This document shows, in pieces, positions 1-7,922 of a stretch of DNA of 32,000 nucleotides. How positions within the stretch are numbered: the first letter of the stretch is position 1; each line of letters begins with the position of its first letter. Under the pieces are notes generated by a model. The model was given only the letters and a program-made list of their open reading frames with translations, ran no database searches and was not told the DNA's origin. This DNA is from Thermodesulfobacteriota bacterium (GTDB lineage Bacteria; Desulfobacterota; WTBG01; JAGOGO01). The stretch covers positions 765,622 through 797,621 of the forward strand of contig CP113000.1 in NCBI GenBank assembly GCA_026625185.1, written 5' to 3'. Position numbers and translations under genes: made by a program.

Positions 1-202
1 TCGATCCTTGGCCGAAATTCTTGCCTCCCACCACAAAATCCCCGGGCTTAACATTTGAGGGAAATTCCGGCCGTGCATCTTCGAGCACATGTTTGGCTAA
101 ATCCGGGAGATTGCTCCGCAGGTGAAAAAATCTCCCTGGAGCGATATGATCAGTGCTGATTCCATCGCCGAACTTCCAGGCTCTGCCTTTACGCTTATCC
201 AT
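1..202 (-). CDS. leuD: Aconitase-family dehydratase small subunit (3-isopropylmalate/homoaconitate dehydratase, LeuD/HacB type); N-terminal 67 codons only, gene runs off the left edge
   Basis: I translated the minus strand from the ATG at 202-200: [67 protein letters not shown]. The KFGDxISTDxIxPxRF start and the GDxxVGGxNFGxGS motif are typical of LeuD-type small subunits (family knowledge from memory). It is missing from the ORF track because it is truncated. Confidence 0.8.
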   Translation of the reverse strand, partial: MDKRKGRAWKFGDGISTDHIAPGRFFHLRSNLPDLAKHVLEDARPEFPSNVKPGDFVVGGKNFGQGS

Positions 203-378
203 GCCTTCTCCTGCTTTGATACCAAGTCGCCTTAATTTGCGTATCTTTGTTGTCTCATCGCCATACTCCTCGACGTACTAAAACATACGCCTGCGTCGAT
301 TCCTCGTCCCTGACTCGATCTGCTTTTGAATGCAACTTGGTATCAGGGAATTTTGATTCGCAGATAAAATAAAACTTT

Positions 379-2256
379 TTAAAATTCGAGAACAAGGTTA
401 AAAATTGAGGAATCCACCTCAACCATATTCCTTACTTTTTCGTTAAGGATAATATGAATTCTATCCCCATGCCGAGAAAGTTTTTTCAGAAGCCTATTAA
501 AATGCTTTTGCTGAGCTTCATGAAACTCTTCGATACGGAAAGTAATGGATGAGGTTGTATGTTTGAGAACTTTTTGTAAATGTTTGTCAATCCGCGTAAA
601 GAAATCTTTGTCTAACCATCCCTTCATAGAAATAGAAAGGTTAGAAGCAGCATTTTTCATCTGACTCAAGTTGACCTCCAATGCGCCATGATCGAGATAA
701 CCCTGAAAAGTTTTTTTGATTAGCCCCAGGTAGCTCTTGGCTAAAATATTTACTTTTTCAAACTCCTGAACGAATTGGCGTTCAACGTAGTCTCGCATCG
801 CTAATCCAACAACCCAGTCATGGATCACAATCGGAATCAGTTTCGGCCGGAAAACAGGCAGTGATCGGCAAAAATAGAAGACGCGTGAAAAACCTCCTGG
901 TTTTATTCCCCGGAAAAAGAAATTTTTTATTATCGGCAAAACTTCTCTCAACGGATATTGCTGAATCTTGTGAACGGGGTTGCGGAGATAACGAATTTTA
1001 TTTTTTATTCGGAAAGCAATGTTTCGATCCTTTAACAGTTGATTGTAAAGGCTACGATACCCTTTTACCATTTCCTCATATCCCATCTGTTTGGGCAAAA
1101 AATTTGTTCCGAGTACCGTATTGTCAGCACTATCCGCATCAGCAATAAGCCTTCCTTCTTTTCCCAATCGTTCATAAAGCGGAGTTTTCGGCAAAGCGGT
1201 TAAAAGCCCGATCATCGCTGTTTGGATGCCGGAGTCCATAATAAAGCGGAACTGCTTATCAAAGGTCTTCATGGTGTCATTATCAAAACCGATAATAAAT
1301 CCGGCAAGAATTTCAATGCCATGGGAATAAATTTTTCTTACTGAGGATAATATATCTTGGCGGGTATTTTGAAGTTTTTTTGTTTCTTTAAGGCTTTCTG
1401 CATCCGGGGATTCGATCCCGATGAAAACCCATTCGAAATTCGCCTGATGCAAAAGCTCAAGAAGCTCTTCATCATCAGCCATATCTAAAGAAGCTTCGGT
1501 CCCAAACTGAAACTTATATTTGTACTTGAGCTGGTAGTCGCTAAGGAACCTAAGCAGCTCTTTTGCGACCCGCTTTTTTCCGATCAAGTTATCATCAACA
1601 AAAAAAACATTGTCCGCATGGAGTTTTCTGAGAACGTCCAACTCGCTGCCTATCTGTTCAAGAGATTTAGTGCGGGGTTTGCGACCAAACATCACAATAA
1701 TGTCACAAAATTCGCAGCGATACGGACACCCCCGGGAAAACTGCAGACTTACTCTTTGGTAGCTTTCCAACTTCAAGAGGTCAAAACGGGGTACCGGAGA
1801 ATCTTTCAGGTCAACAGTTCCTGTTTCTTTGTATAATTTCTGTGGCTTGCCCAGTTCAAAGTCAATACAAAACTTCCCCCAGATATACTCAGCTTCACCC
1901 GCCACGACAGTATCGGTAAAAGATTCATAGACCTCTGGGCACAAAGAGGCATAGCTTCCGCCGGCAACAACAAAAAAGCCTTTCTTTTTATAAAACGTGA
2001 GCAACTCTTTTTGCCGCTTAAATTGCACTCCCATCCCGCAAACGCCAATGATGTCAGCCTGAGGTTCTAAGGGGATGGACTCGATGTTTTCATCAATAAT
2101 TTCCACCTCCCAATCTTTTGGACACAGGGCTGCCACAGTTGCTAATCCCAAAGGAGGGTTGATAACTCTTTTATCAGATGATAAAATTTTATCAACTGCC
2201 CATTTAAAGCTCCAGAAACTCTCCGGAACCTTTGGATTAATCAATAATATCTTCAC
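379..2256 (-). CDS. B12-binding-domain radical SAM protein (class B) with a long C-terminal extension of the DUF4070 type
   Basis: 625-aa ORF. The N-terminus (MKILLINP...) resembles a cobalamin-binding Rossmann region. The radical SAM cluster motif SRGCPYRCEFCDI (CxxxCxxC) is visible in the translation. The DUF4070 assignment of the tail is recalled family architecture and was not searched. Confidence 0.8.
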   Translation of the reverse strand: MKILLINPKVPESFWSFKWAVDKILSSDKRVINPPLGLATVAALCPKDWEVEIIDENIESIPLEPQADIIGVCGMGVQFKRQKELLTFYKKKGFFVVAGGSYASLCPEVYESFTDTVVAGEAEYIWGKFCIDFELGKPQKLYKETGTVDLKDSPVPRFDLLKLESYQRVSLQFSRGCPYRCEFCDIIVMFGRKPRTKSLEQIGSELDVLRKLHADNVFFVDDNLIGKKRVAKELLRFLSDYQLKYKYKFQFGTEASLDMADDEELLELLHQANFEWVFIGIESPDAESLKETKKLQNTRQDILSSVRKIYSHGIEILAGFIIGFDNDTMKTFDKQFRFIMDSGIQTAMIGLLTALPKTPLYERLGKEGRLIADADSADNTVLGTNFLPKQMGYEEMVKGYRSLYNQLLKDRNIAFRIKNKIRYLRNPVHKIQQYPLREVLPIIKNFFFRGIKPGGFSRVFYFCRSLPVFRPKLIPIVIHDWVVGLAMRDYVERQFVQEFEKVNILAKSYLGLIKKTFQGYLDHGALEVNLSQMKNAASNLSISMKGWLDKDFFTRIDKHLQKVLKHTTSSITFRIEEFHEAQQKHFNRLLKKLSRHGDRIHIILNEKVRNMVEVDSSIFNLVLEF

Positions 2257-2391
2257 TAAATTCTCCTTTACAATAAGTCAATGTTGCCTTCACTATACCC
2301 AATTGGCTAAAGTAAAGCAATAAGAAATTACCCTATTTTAATAACAAATCCTCCTTAATATTATAGTCCGGAGGTACTAACTGTAGAGAAA

Positions 2392-2533
2392 GTTTACCCC
2401 GTTAGAAAGGCCCCGCTTGCCCAGGGAGATACCAAATATCTAACCGATTAAGAAGCACGGGGGAAACTAAAGATTCTTATACTGTTGCACACGGGGTAGA
2501 TTCCTCGTGTGCAGGCTTTCTAACGAGGTTTAC
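2392..2533. repeat. Dispersed repeat family 1, copy A (about 142 nt). Terminal inverted repeats are GTTTACCCCGTTAGAAA and TTTCTAACGAGGTTTAC.
   Basis: Seen directly. The ends are mutually complementary over about 13-17 nt. An internal 8-bp hairpin is TGCACACG...CGTGTGCA. The interior (TTGCCC, GATACCAAATATCTAA, GAAGCACGG) aligns with copy B at 22519-22627. Confidence 0.75.
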
Positions 2534-2646
2534 CACAAATGCAGTATTAGGGTGAAGGATGATCCCCATCAAAAAAGAGTGATTAGTTTTATTATGTTGT
2601 AAGGATTAAGAATAAAACTCGAGAGAAACCCCAAAAAAATTCTTGC

Positions 2647-2674
2647 TTGACTGAGGTTAGAAAACGTGTAAAAT
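2647..2674 (+). promoter_or_regulatory. Sigma-70-type promoter candidate for the PilZ gene (TTGACT-16 nt-TAAAAT)
   Basis: The -35 box TTGACT is at 2647-2652 and the -10 box TAAAAT at 2669-2674, about 70 nt upstream of the ATG at 2742. This is a pattern match only. Confidence 0.4.
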
Positions 2675-2741
2675 TGTTTTTGATTAAAATAAGTTAACTA
2701 ATTATGTAACCGGGGGAAACAAAGAAAAAGGATAAATAAAA

Positions 2742-3254
2742 ATGGGAGATAAAGAAAAAAAGAGAAAAACAGTTGCCGGGTGTCCTTATTGCACCAAACC
2801 AATACCTTCTGATGCCGGGCAATGCCCTTATTGTGGTGTAAACTTTGGTTCGCAGACGATTAGAATTTTAAGGTCTGTTGTTAACCAAGCGCTCTTTGAT
2901 GCAGACGAAGACCGACGAGGAGTCGATGATCGAATCCCAAAAAAGTTTAAGGTGGTATATAACTCGGGCAATGCCTTGATTCACACTTTTCTTGGCAATA
3001 TCGGCGTGGGTGGAGTTTTTATTCCGACTGAGCACCCCATGGATTCGGGGACACGGTTGCATGTTAAAATTAATCTTCCAAACGGAGAAAAGGATCTGGA
3101 AGTTAATTGTGAGGTGGTGTGGATTCGCAAGCAAGAAATTAGCACCCCATTGGGGAAATTTCCTTCCGGCATGGGAGTCAAGTTCTTAAACCTTTCTCCG
3201 GAAGACAAGAGAAGGATTGAGGGCGTAATAAAGGGCAAAATTCCGTATAGTTAA
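2742..3254 (+). CDS. PilZ-domain protein with an N-terminal double CxxC zinc ribbon
   Basis: 170-aa ORF. The zinc-ribbon-like motif is CPYC...(9)...CPYC. The C-terminal region has a PilZ-like NxGxxG motif (GNIGVGGVFI) and a GMGVKFLNLSPED tail. The arginine motif reads RRGVDDR, one residue longer than the canonical RxxxR. Confidence 0.65.
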   Translation: MGDKEKKRKTVAGCPYCTKPIPSDAGQCPYCGVNFGSQTIRILRSVVNQALFDADEDRRGVDDRIPKKFKVVYNSGNALIHTFLGNIGVGGVFIPTEHPMDSGTRLHVKINLPNGEKDLEVNCEVVWIRKQEISTPLGKFPSGMGVKFLNLSPEDKRRIEGVIKGKIPYS

Positions 3255-3979
3255 TCAATAGTCTCGCCTGGAGTCATAACCAGAACCTTTACCTCGGGAA
3301 CTTTTTCCATCAATTCTAAAAATTTTTCCGGAGTTCCTGAAAGAACCGGAAAGGTTCCATAGTGCATGGGAATCACATACTGAGGTTTTAAAAGTCCACA
3401 AGCGTAAACCGCTTCTTCTGGTCCCATTACATAATGGCTCCCGATAGGGAGCAAGGCAAGTGCAGGCTTATAGAGATCGCTAATGATCTTCATATCCCCA
3501 AAGACCCCCGTGTCTCCAGCGTGGTAAACCGTGAAACCATTATCAAACCGAACGATAAAACCCGCTGCTTCTCCTCCATAAATAATCCGGTTTTCTTCAA
3601 CCATGGAGGAGCTGTGGAAAGCGTGTACCATGGTGATGCGGATATCCGCAGCTATCAGTGATCCTCCTTTATTCATCCCCACGCTTTTTTCAGGATTCAA
3701 ACCTTTCTGAATGAGATAGTGAGCAATTTCAGGCATGGAGATAACCATAGCGCCGGTTTTTTTGGCTATTTCGGTCGTATCCCCAAGATGATCACCGTGT
3801 CCATGCGAAACCAGAATGTAATGTAGTTTGCCTACATTCTCTGCCCCCCTGGGAGCCTGCGGATTATCTTTTACCCACGGATCTATCAGAATAGTGGTTC
3901 CCTGAGGTGATATCAATTTAAAGCAGGCATGGCCAAGAAACGTTATCGTTACCCCTTTATTAATGTTTTGGCTACTCAT
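3251..3979 (-). CDS. UPF0173-type metal-dependent hydrolase (metallo-beta-lactamase fold)
   Basis: 242-aa ORF with the HxHxDH motif (VSHGHGDHLGD). The start (ITFLGHACFKL...ILIDPW) is typical of the UPF0173/YtkL-like family. The 3' end overlaps the convergent PilZ gene by 4 nt. Confidence 0.75.
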   Translation of the reverse strand: MSSQNINKGVTITFLGHACFKLISPQGTTILIDPWVKDNPQAPRGAENVGKLHYILVSHGHGDHLGDTTEIAKKTGAMVISMPEIAHYLIQKGLNPEKSVGMNKGGSLIAADIRITMVHAFHSSSMVEENRIIYGGEAAGFIVRFDNGFTVYHAGDTGVFGDMKIISDLYKPALALLPIGSHYVMGPEEAVYACGLLKPQYVIPMHYGTFPVLSGTPEKFLELMEKVPEVKVLVMTPGETID

Positions 3980-4044
3980 GAGAAAACCTCCTTTTAAAGA
4001 ATTGCCGGCATCAGTTTGCTAAGTATTACGTTTTAATTTCGTTA

Positions 4045-5433
4045 TTAGTCCATTATCCTTTTTCTTCTAACTGGTTTTACTTCCCTTATACTCTCAGCTA
4101 CCTTTTTTTCAACGATTGTTTTAATGTTTTCCAAATTCTTTTCATCCGTAGCTTCAAACCGAAGCACAAGCATTGGTTGGGTATTGGATGCTCTTACTAA
4201 ACCCCATCCGGAGTCAAATAAAATTCTCGCCCCATCAACCTCAATGACGGGATAGTTTTTTTTAAATTTTTCCACTAATTTTTGTATCACCAAAAACTTT
4301 ATCTCATCACTGCATTCAGTCCGTATCTCCGGGGTGACGATTGTTATCGGGACATCCGCGAGCAGCTCGGATAACTTTTTTTCGGTTCTGGAAAGGATTT
4401 CTAAAAGCCGCGCTCCCGCGTAAAGAGCATCATCATATCCGTAATACCGATGCGCAAAAAAGATATGGCCGCTCATTTCTCCTGCCAGTTGGGCTTTTTC
4501 TTCTTTAAGTTTTGCTTTCATAAGCGAATGGCCCACTTTCCACATGATGACCTTCCCCCCGTGTTTTTTGATATCATCAAATAAGGTCTGAGAGCATTTT
4601 ACCTCAGCAACGAAAGTTGCTCCCGGAATTTCAGCGAGGATTGCGCGGGAAAAAAGGATCATCAACTGGTCACCCCAGATGATTTTCCCTTGTTCATCAA
4701 CCACGCCGATCCGATCGGCATCCCCATCAAAACCTATCCCCAAGTCTGCTTTCTGCTCTTTTACTTTAGAAATTAAAGACGTTAGATTTGCCGGAACAGT
4801 GGGGTCCGGGTGGTGATTAGGAAAAGTTCCATCCATCTCGCTAAAAAGTTCACTTACCTCGACTCCTAAGCTCCGGAAAAGCGGGCCGGCTGCTATCCCG
4901 GCAGTTCCGTTCCCGGAATCAATAATCACTTTCCGTTTTTGTTTTCCCATTTTAAGAAAAGCGCTCACGGTCTTTAAATACCGTTCACGAATGTCCTGTG
5001 ATTCTAAGGTTCCTTTTCCGGATTCGAAATCGCCCTTCTCGAACAGCTTTCGTAAGTTCTGAATTTCTTCTCCAAAGATAGTTCCTTTACCTACGCAGAC
5101 TTTGAATCCATTATTATCAGGAGGATTATGACTTCCGGTGATCATAACTCCTCCGTCAACCTCTAAGTTAAAAAGAGCAAAATAGAGGAGCGGGGTGGGG
5201 ATAATGCCGAGGTCAATCACATGACAACCGGTGTCAAGAAGGCCTTCTGAAAGCGCTTGGCGCAGTCGAGGAGAACTCAGCCGACAATCTCTCCCGACGA
5301 CTACTCTTTGGATATTGTTCCTACGAAAATTGGTTCCAAACGTTTTGCCGAGGGTGTAGGTGATTGCGTCAGTAAAATCTTGGTCAGCCACCCCTCGGAT
5401 ATCATATTCCCGAAAAATATACGGATTAACCAT
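4045..5433 (-). CDS. manB: Phosphomannomutase/phosphoglucomutase (alpha-D-phosphohexomutase family)
   Basis: 462-aa ORF. It has the active-site serine loop TGSHNPPDNNGFK, the Mg-binding loop GFDGDADR and the sugar-binding GEMSGH motif. It lies downstream of manC on the same strand. Confidence 0.85.
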   Translation of the reverse strand: MVNPYIFREYDIRGVADQDFTDAITYTLGKTFGTNFRRNNIQRVVVGRDCRLSSPRLRQALSEGLLDTGCHVIDLGIIPTPLLYFALFNLEVDGGVMITGSHNPPDNNGFKVCVGKGTIFGEEIQNLRKLFEKGDFESGKGTLESQDIRERYLKTVSAFLKMGKQKRKVIIDSGNGTAGIAAGPLFRSLGVEVSELFSEMDGTFPNHHPDPTVPANLTSLISKVKEQKADLGIGFDGDADRIGVVDEQGKIIWGDQLMILFSRAILAEIPGATFVAEVKCSQTLFDDIKKHGGKVIMWKVGHSLMKAKLKEEKAQLAGEMSGHIFFAHRYYGYDDALYAGARLLEILSRTEKKLSELLADVPITIVTPEIRTECSDEIKFLVIQKLVEKFKKNYPVIEVDGARILFDSGWGLVRASNTQPMLVLRFEATDEKNLENIKTIVEKKVAESIREVKPVRRKRIMD

Positions 5434-5454
5434 AACCCTTCCTCAGTGTTGAGA

Positions 5455-5729
5455 AACTGTGTCCTTATTAGTCATTCACCCTTCGACAATTCGATTAACT
5501 CATGGCAGGCTTAGCTCAGGTTGACAGCCAGCAATTAGTGAACGTCCTGCTAAAGTAGAGTCATTGGGATGAGCGAAGCGGGGTGGCAATCTCGTGAGAT
5601 TGCTTCACTTCGTTCGCAATGACACTCCGGGAATGTCAACTTATTTTTGGCGTTCACTATAATTGTTTTTAAGGCACCGCAAACATGTCATGGTGAGCGT
5701 GTCGAACCATGATGTGTTTGCGACACGGT
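5455..5729. repeat. Composite nested repeat filling the manC-manB spacer. Family-2 ends enclose about 190 nt of further inverted repeats.
   Basis: The left end (ACTGTGTCC..TTAGTCATTCACCCTTCGACA) and right end (TCATGGTGAGCGTGTCGAACCATGA..TTTGCGACACGG) match the two ends of the 6887-6999 copy. Inside, GTTGACA..TAGTGAACG (5519-5543) pairs with TGTCAAC..CGTTCACTA (5634-5659). There is also a GCAATCTC-GTG-AGATTGC hairpin at 5586-5603. Confidence 0.7.
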
Positions 5730-5732
5730 CAC

Positions 5733-6818
5733 TTAAAGGAGACGATGTTGTTTACGTTTCTTCAGTTCTTCGATGATTTTCCTTATGTCCTGAGATTTTT
5801 TTAAGTTCCCGACTAAGACAACATCCGGAGTATCAACGATCAGTAAATCTTTTATACCTAATCCCACAACCACCTTGTCTGACTGACTGAATACCAAGGA
5901 AGATTTACTATCGATAAGGATGACATCACCTTGGGTTAAATTTTTTTCTTTATCTCTTTTCTCTTTTCTTAAATCATAAACTGAGTCCCAACTTCCTACG
6001 TCGCTCCATCCAAAATCTCCCGGGAGAGAAAGCACGGTCCGTTTCGTTTTTTCCATCAGGCCGTAATCAATGGAAAGGGAAGGAAGGTATTGATAAACCG
6101 ACAATAAAACTTCCTGGTACTTGCTTGTATCCATGGCCTCCTCAATTGTTTGAAGTCCTGCATATAGAGAAGGAAGATGCAGTTTTATTTCCTCGAGGAT
6201 TGTTTTCGGTGTAAATATAAAGATACCGCCGTTCCAAAAATATTTACCGGAATTCAAATATCTTAAAGCGGTTTTTTGATCCGGCTTCTCAACAAACCGT
6301 TTGATGTCATAGACAGTAACTCCTCCAATTTTCCTTTTTACTTCGCCGCGCTCCAGATACCCATAGCCGGTCTCAGGCCGGGTTGGCACGATACCAACAG
6401 TAATAATGTCGCCATCCTGAGCTAACATACAGCCGATAGATAGAATTTTTCGGAAGGTTTCTTCTTCAGCAATAAAGTGATCGGCGGGCAGGACTACCAT
6501 CGGTTTGTCAAGAATGCCTTGTTTTTTTAAATACAGCGCCGCAAGTCCGATGCAGGGAGCAGTGCTCCGGCCCAGTGGTTCTTCCAGGATGACGTAGCGA
6601 TTTTCTCCCAGAAGGGTGTGGAGGATTTGGTGGTGCTCTTTATTGCTGACAATAATGGTTTGCTCTTCTTTTGCGAGCGGTTTTACCCGGTTGAGGGTTT
6701 CTTCCACCATGGTCCCGGAACCAATGATGTTTAAAAACTGCTTCGGATAATGAGCCCGGCTTGCCGGCCAAAATCTGGTTCCTGACCCTCCTGCCATTAT
6801 TACCGGATATAGATCCAC
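5733..6818 (-). CDS. manC: Mannose-1-phosphate guanylyltransferase (short form, no isomerase domain)
   Basis: 361-aa ORF with the N-terminal nucleotidyltransferase loop GGSGTRFWPASR and the overall ManC/CpsB pattern. Confidence 0.85.
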   Translation of the reverse strand: MDLYPVIMAGGSGTRFWPASRAHYPKQFLNIIGSGTMVEETLNRVKPLAKEEQTIIVSNKEHHQILHTLLGENRYVILEEPLGRSTAPCIGLAALYLKKQGILDKPMVVLPADHFIAEEETFRKILSIGCMLAQDGDIITVGIVPTRPETGYGYLERGEVKRKIGGVTVYDIKRFVEKPDQKTALRYLNSGKYFWNGGIFIFTPKTILEEIKLHLPSLYAGLQTIEEAMDTSKYQEVLLSVYQYLPSLSIDYGLMEKTKRTVLSLPGDFGWSDVGSWDSVYDLRKEKRDKEKNLTQGDVILIDSKSSLVFSQSDKVVVGLGIKDLLIVDTPDVVLVGNLKKSQDIRKIIEELKKRKQHRLL

Positions 6819-6886
6819 GGTATCCTCGTTTTTTGAATTAAATTAATTCCCGAAGCAAAAGATGTTTTTCCCTCCGTCCGAGGAGA

Positions 6887-6999
6887 CTGTGTCGCAATTA
6901 GCCATTCACCCTTCGACACGCTCAGGGTGACGGCTAACCCATTCATTTTTAACGGTCATGGTGAGCTTGTCGAACCATGAATTGCCTTGTGACACAGCC
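6887..6999. repeat. Dispersed repeat family 2, compact copy (core 6907-6979)
   Basis: The core is CACCCTTCGACACGCTCAGGGTGACGG...TCATGGTGAGCTTGTCGAACCATGA. It contains two 6-bp hairpins whose loops (TCGACACGCTC and GAGCTTGTCGA) are near-complementary to each other. An outer inverted repeat is CTGTGTCGCAA / TTGTGACACAG. The core recurs at 12788-12860, and its ends recur at 5455-5729. Confidence 0.75.
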
Positions 7000-7208
7000 T
7001 CGAGAAAGGGGGTGTTCCATTTAATTTTTCCTTAATATCATATTATTATAAATTGTGTCCAATAAATCTCTGCCCCTTTTTCCTCTATGAAAGCTGAAGC
7101 AAGGCTTTTGAGAACTGATTTTGCTGTCTGGAGCCGGAAAATTGTGAGGGTTTTCCAAGTACCTGTTTATATGGGCAAGGAATTTGATGACGACTTTTTT
7201 CTAAGGAT

Positions 7209-7250
7209 AAAAAAACAAAGGAGGGCATAAAGACCCCCCTTTGTTTTTTT
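7209..7250 (-). terminator. Rho-independent terminator of the Hsp20 gene (bidirectional architecture)
   Basis: A7-CAAAGGAGGG-loop(CATAAAGA)-CCCCCCTTTG-T7. It is a 10-bp GC-rich stem with one mismatch, flanked by A and T runs, so a U-tract follows the hairpin on either strand. It starts 7 nt after the Hsp20 stop. Confidence 0.8.
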
Positions 7251-7256
7251 ATAAGG

Positions 7257-7724
7257 TTATTCAATTTTTATGGGAATTGCCTTCGGCTTTGCTTCTTCAG
7301 CCTTGGGCATGGTAATTTCCAGAACACCGTCTTTATAATTTGCTTTTACTTTTTCAACCTGGACGGTTTCGGGCAAGGTAAAAGAACGACTGAATTTTCC
7401 ATAGAACCGCTCAATCCTATGATAGTTCTCCTTCTTTGTCTCTTGCTCGTGTTTTCGTTCTCCCGAGAGCGTCAACACATTGTCTTTAATCTCAATAGAC
7501 ACCTCGTCCTTTTTAATGCCCGGGAGTTCTGCTTTCACAATAATACTATCTTTTTCTTCATAAATATCTACGACCGGAGACCAGGTCCGTTCTAAAGTTT
7601 CTCTTTTACCTACGGGATACCGTCCGAAAGTTTCTTCAAAAAGACGGTTAAGTCGGTCCTGAACACCCCCCCATTCTTCAAGGGGATCCCATTCTCTTAA
7701 ACTTCTCCAAGGAATCAGCGCCAT
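7257..7724 (-). CDS. Small heat-shock protein, Hsp20/alpha-crystallin family
   Basis: 155-aa ORF with an alpha-crystallin domain pattern (VDIYEEKDSIIVKAELPGIKKDEVSIEIKDNVLTLSGER...GVLEITMPK). Confidence 0.9.
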   Translation of the reverse strand: MALIPWRSLREWDPLEEWGGVQDRLNRLFEETFGRYPVGKRETLERTWSPVVDIYEEKDSIIVKAELPGIKKDEVSIEIKDNVLTLSGERKHEQETKKENYHRIERFYGKFSRSFTLPETVQVEKVKANYKDGVLEITMPKAEEAKPKAIPIKIE

Positions 7725-7772
7725 AACTATTCACCTCCTTTTTAAATAAGAGTTTATCATTTTCTTTTGATA

Positions 7773-7800
7773 AAAATAAAACCGATTTTCTTTTTGTCAA
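7773..7800 (-). promoter_or_regulatory. Sigma-70-type promoter candidate for the Hsp20 gene (TTGACA-16 nt-TATTTT on the minus strand)
   Basis: The reverse complement of 7795-7800 is TTGACA and of 7773-7778 is TATTTT. This is a pattern match only. It sits back-to-back with the ileS candidate. Confidence 0.3.
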
Positions 7801-7827
7801 GATTTCCCGCCAATGTAGTGATTTTTC

Positions 7828-7855
7828 TTGACAATAAGTCTTTCTGTGCTAACCT
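7828..7855 (+). promoter_or_regulatory. Sigma-70-type promoter candidate for ileS (TTGACA-16 nt-TAACCT)
   Basis: TTGACA is at 7828-7833 and TAACCT at 7850-7855, about 70 nt upstream of the ileS ATG. This is a pattern match only. Confidence 0.3.
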
Positions 7856-7922
7856 TCTAAGTCTATTTTCCCTTTAATATGGTTAATAATAAAAGAGTTC
7901 TTTAATGGTGAACATTTGAGTT

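Noticed and set aside
2392-2533. Family-1 repeats as integron attC sites (GTTAGAA / TTCTAAC resemble the GTTRRRY / RYYYAAC cores, and neighbouring genes look cassette-like)
   Set aside because: The order is inverted relative to attC (here GTTAGAA is 5' and TTCTAAC is 3' on both strands). The flanking bases violate the R/Y consensus. No intI or attI is present, and the adjacent genes are not uniformly oriented promoterless cassettes.
7088-7231. An unlisted 47-aa plus-strand ORF (MKAEARLLRTDFAVW...) ending inside the Hsp20 terminator loop
   Set aside because: It has no Shine-Dalgarno and no recognisable motif. Its stop falls within the terminator hairpin. It is most likely non-coding.
7795-7813. 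A sigma-54-like TGGCGGGAAATCTTGA on the minus strand upstream of the Hsp20 gene
   Set aside because: The GG-to-GC spacing is off by one, and the -12 element reads TTGA rather than TTGC. This is a chance resemblance.
7794-7834. A 9-bp inverted repeat, TTGTCAAGA-N23-TCTTGACAA, between the Hsp20 gene and ileS, considered as a heat-shock operator (HAIR/CIRCE-like)
   Set aside because: It matches neither the CIRCE consensus (TTAGCACTC-N9-GAGTGCTAA) nor HAIR (CTTGAGT-N7-ACTCAAG). Each arm is simply a TTGACA -35 hexamer, one for each of two back-to-back divergent promoters, which explains the symmetry.
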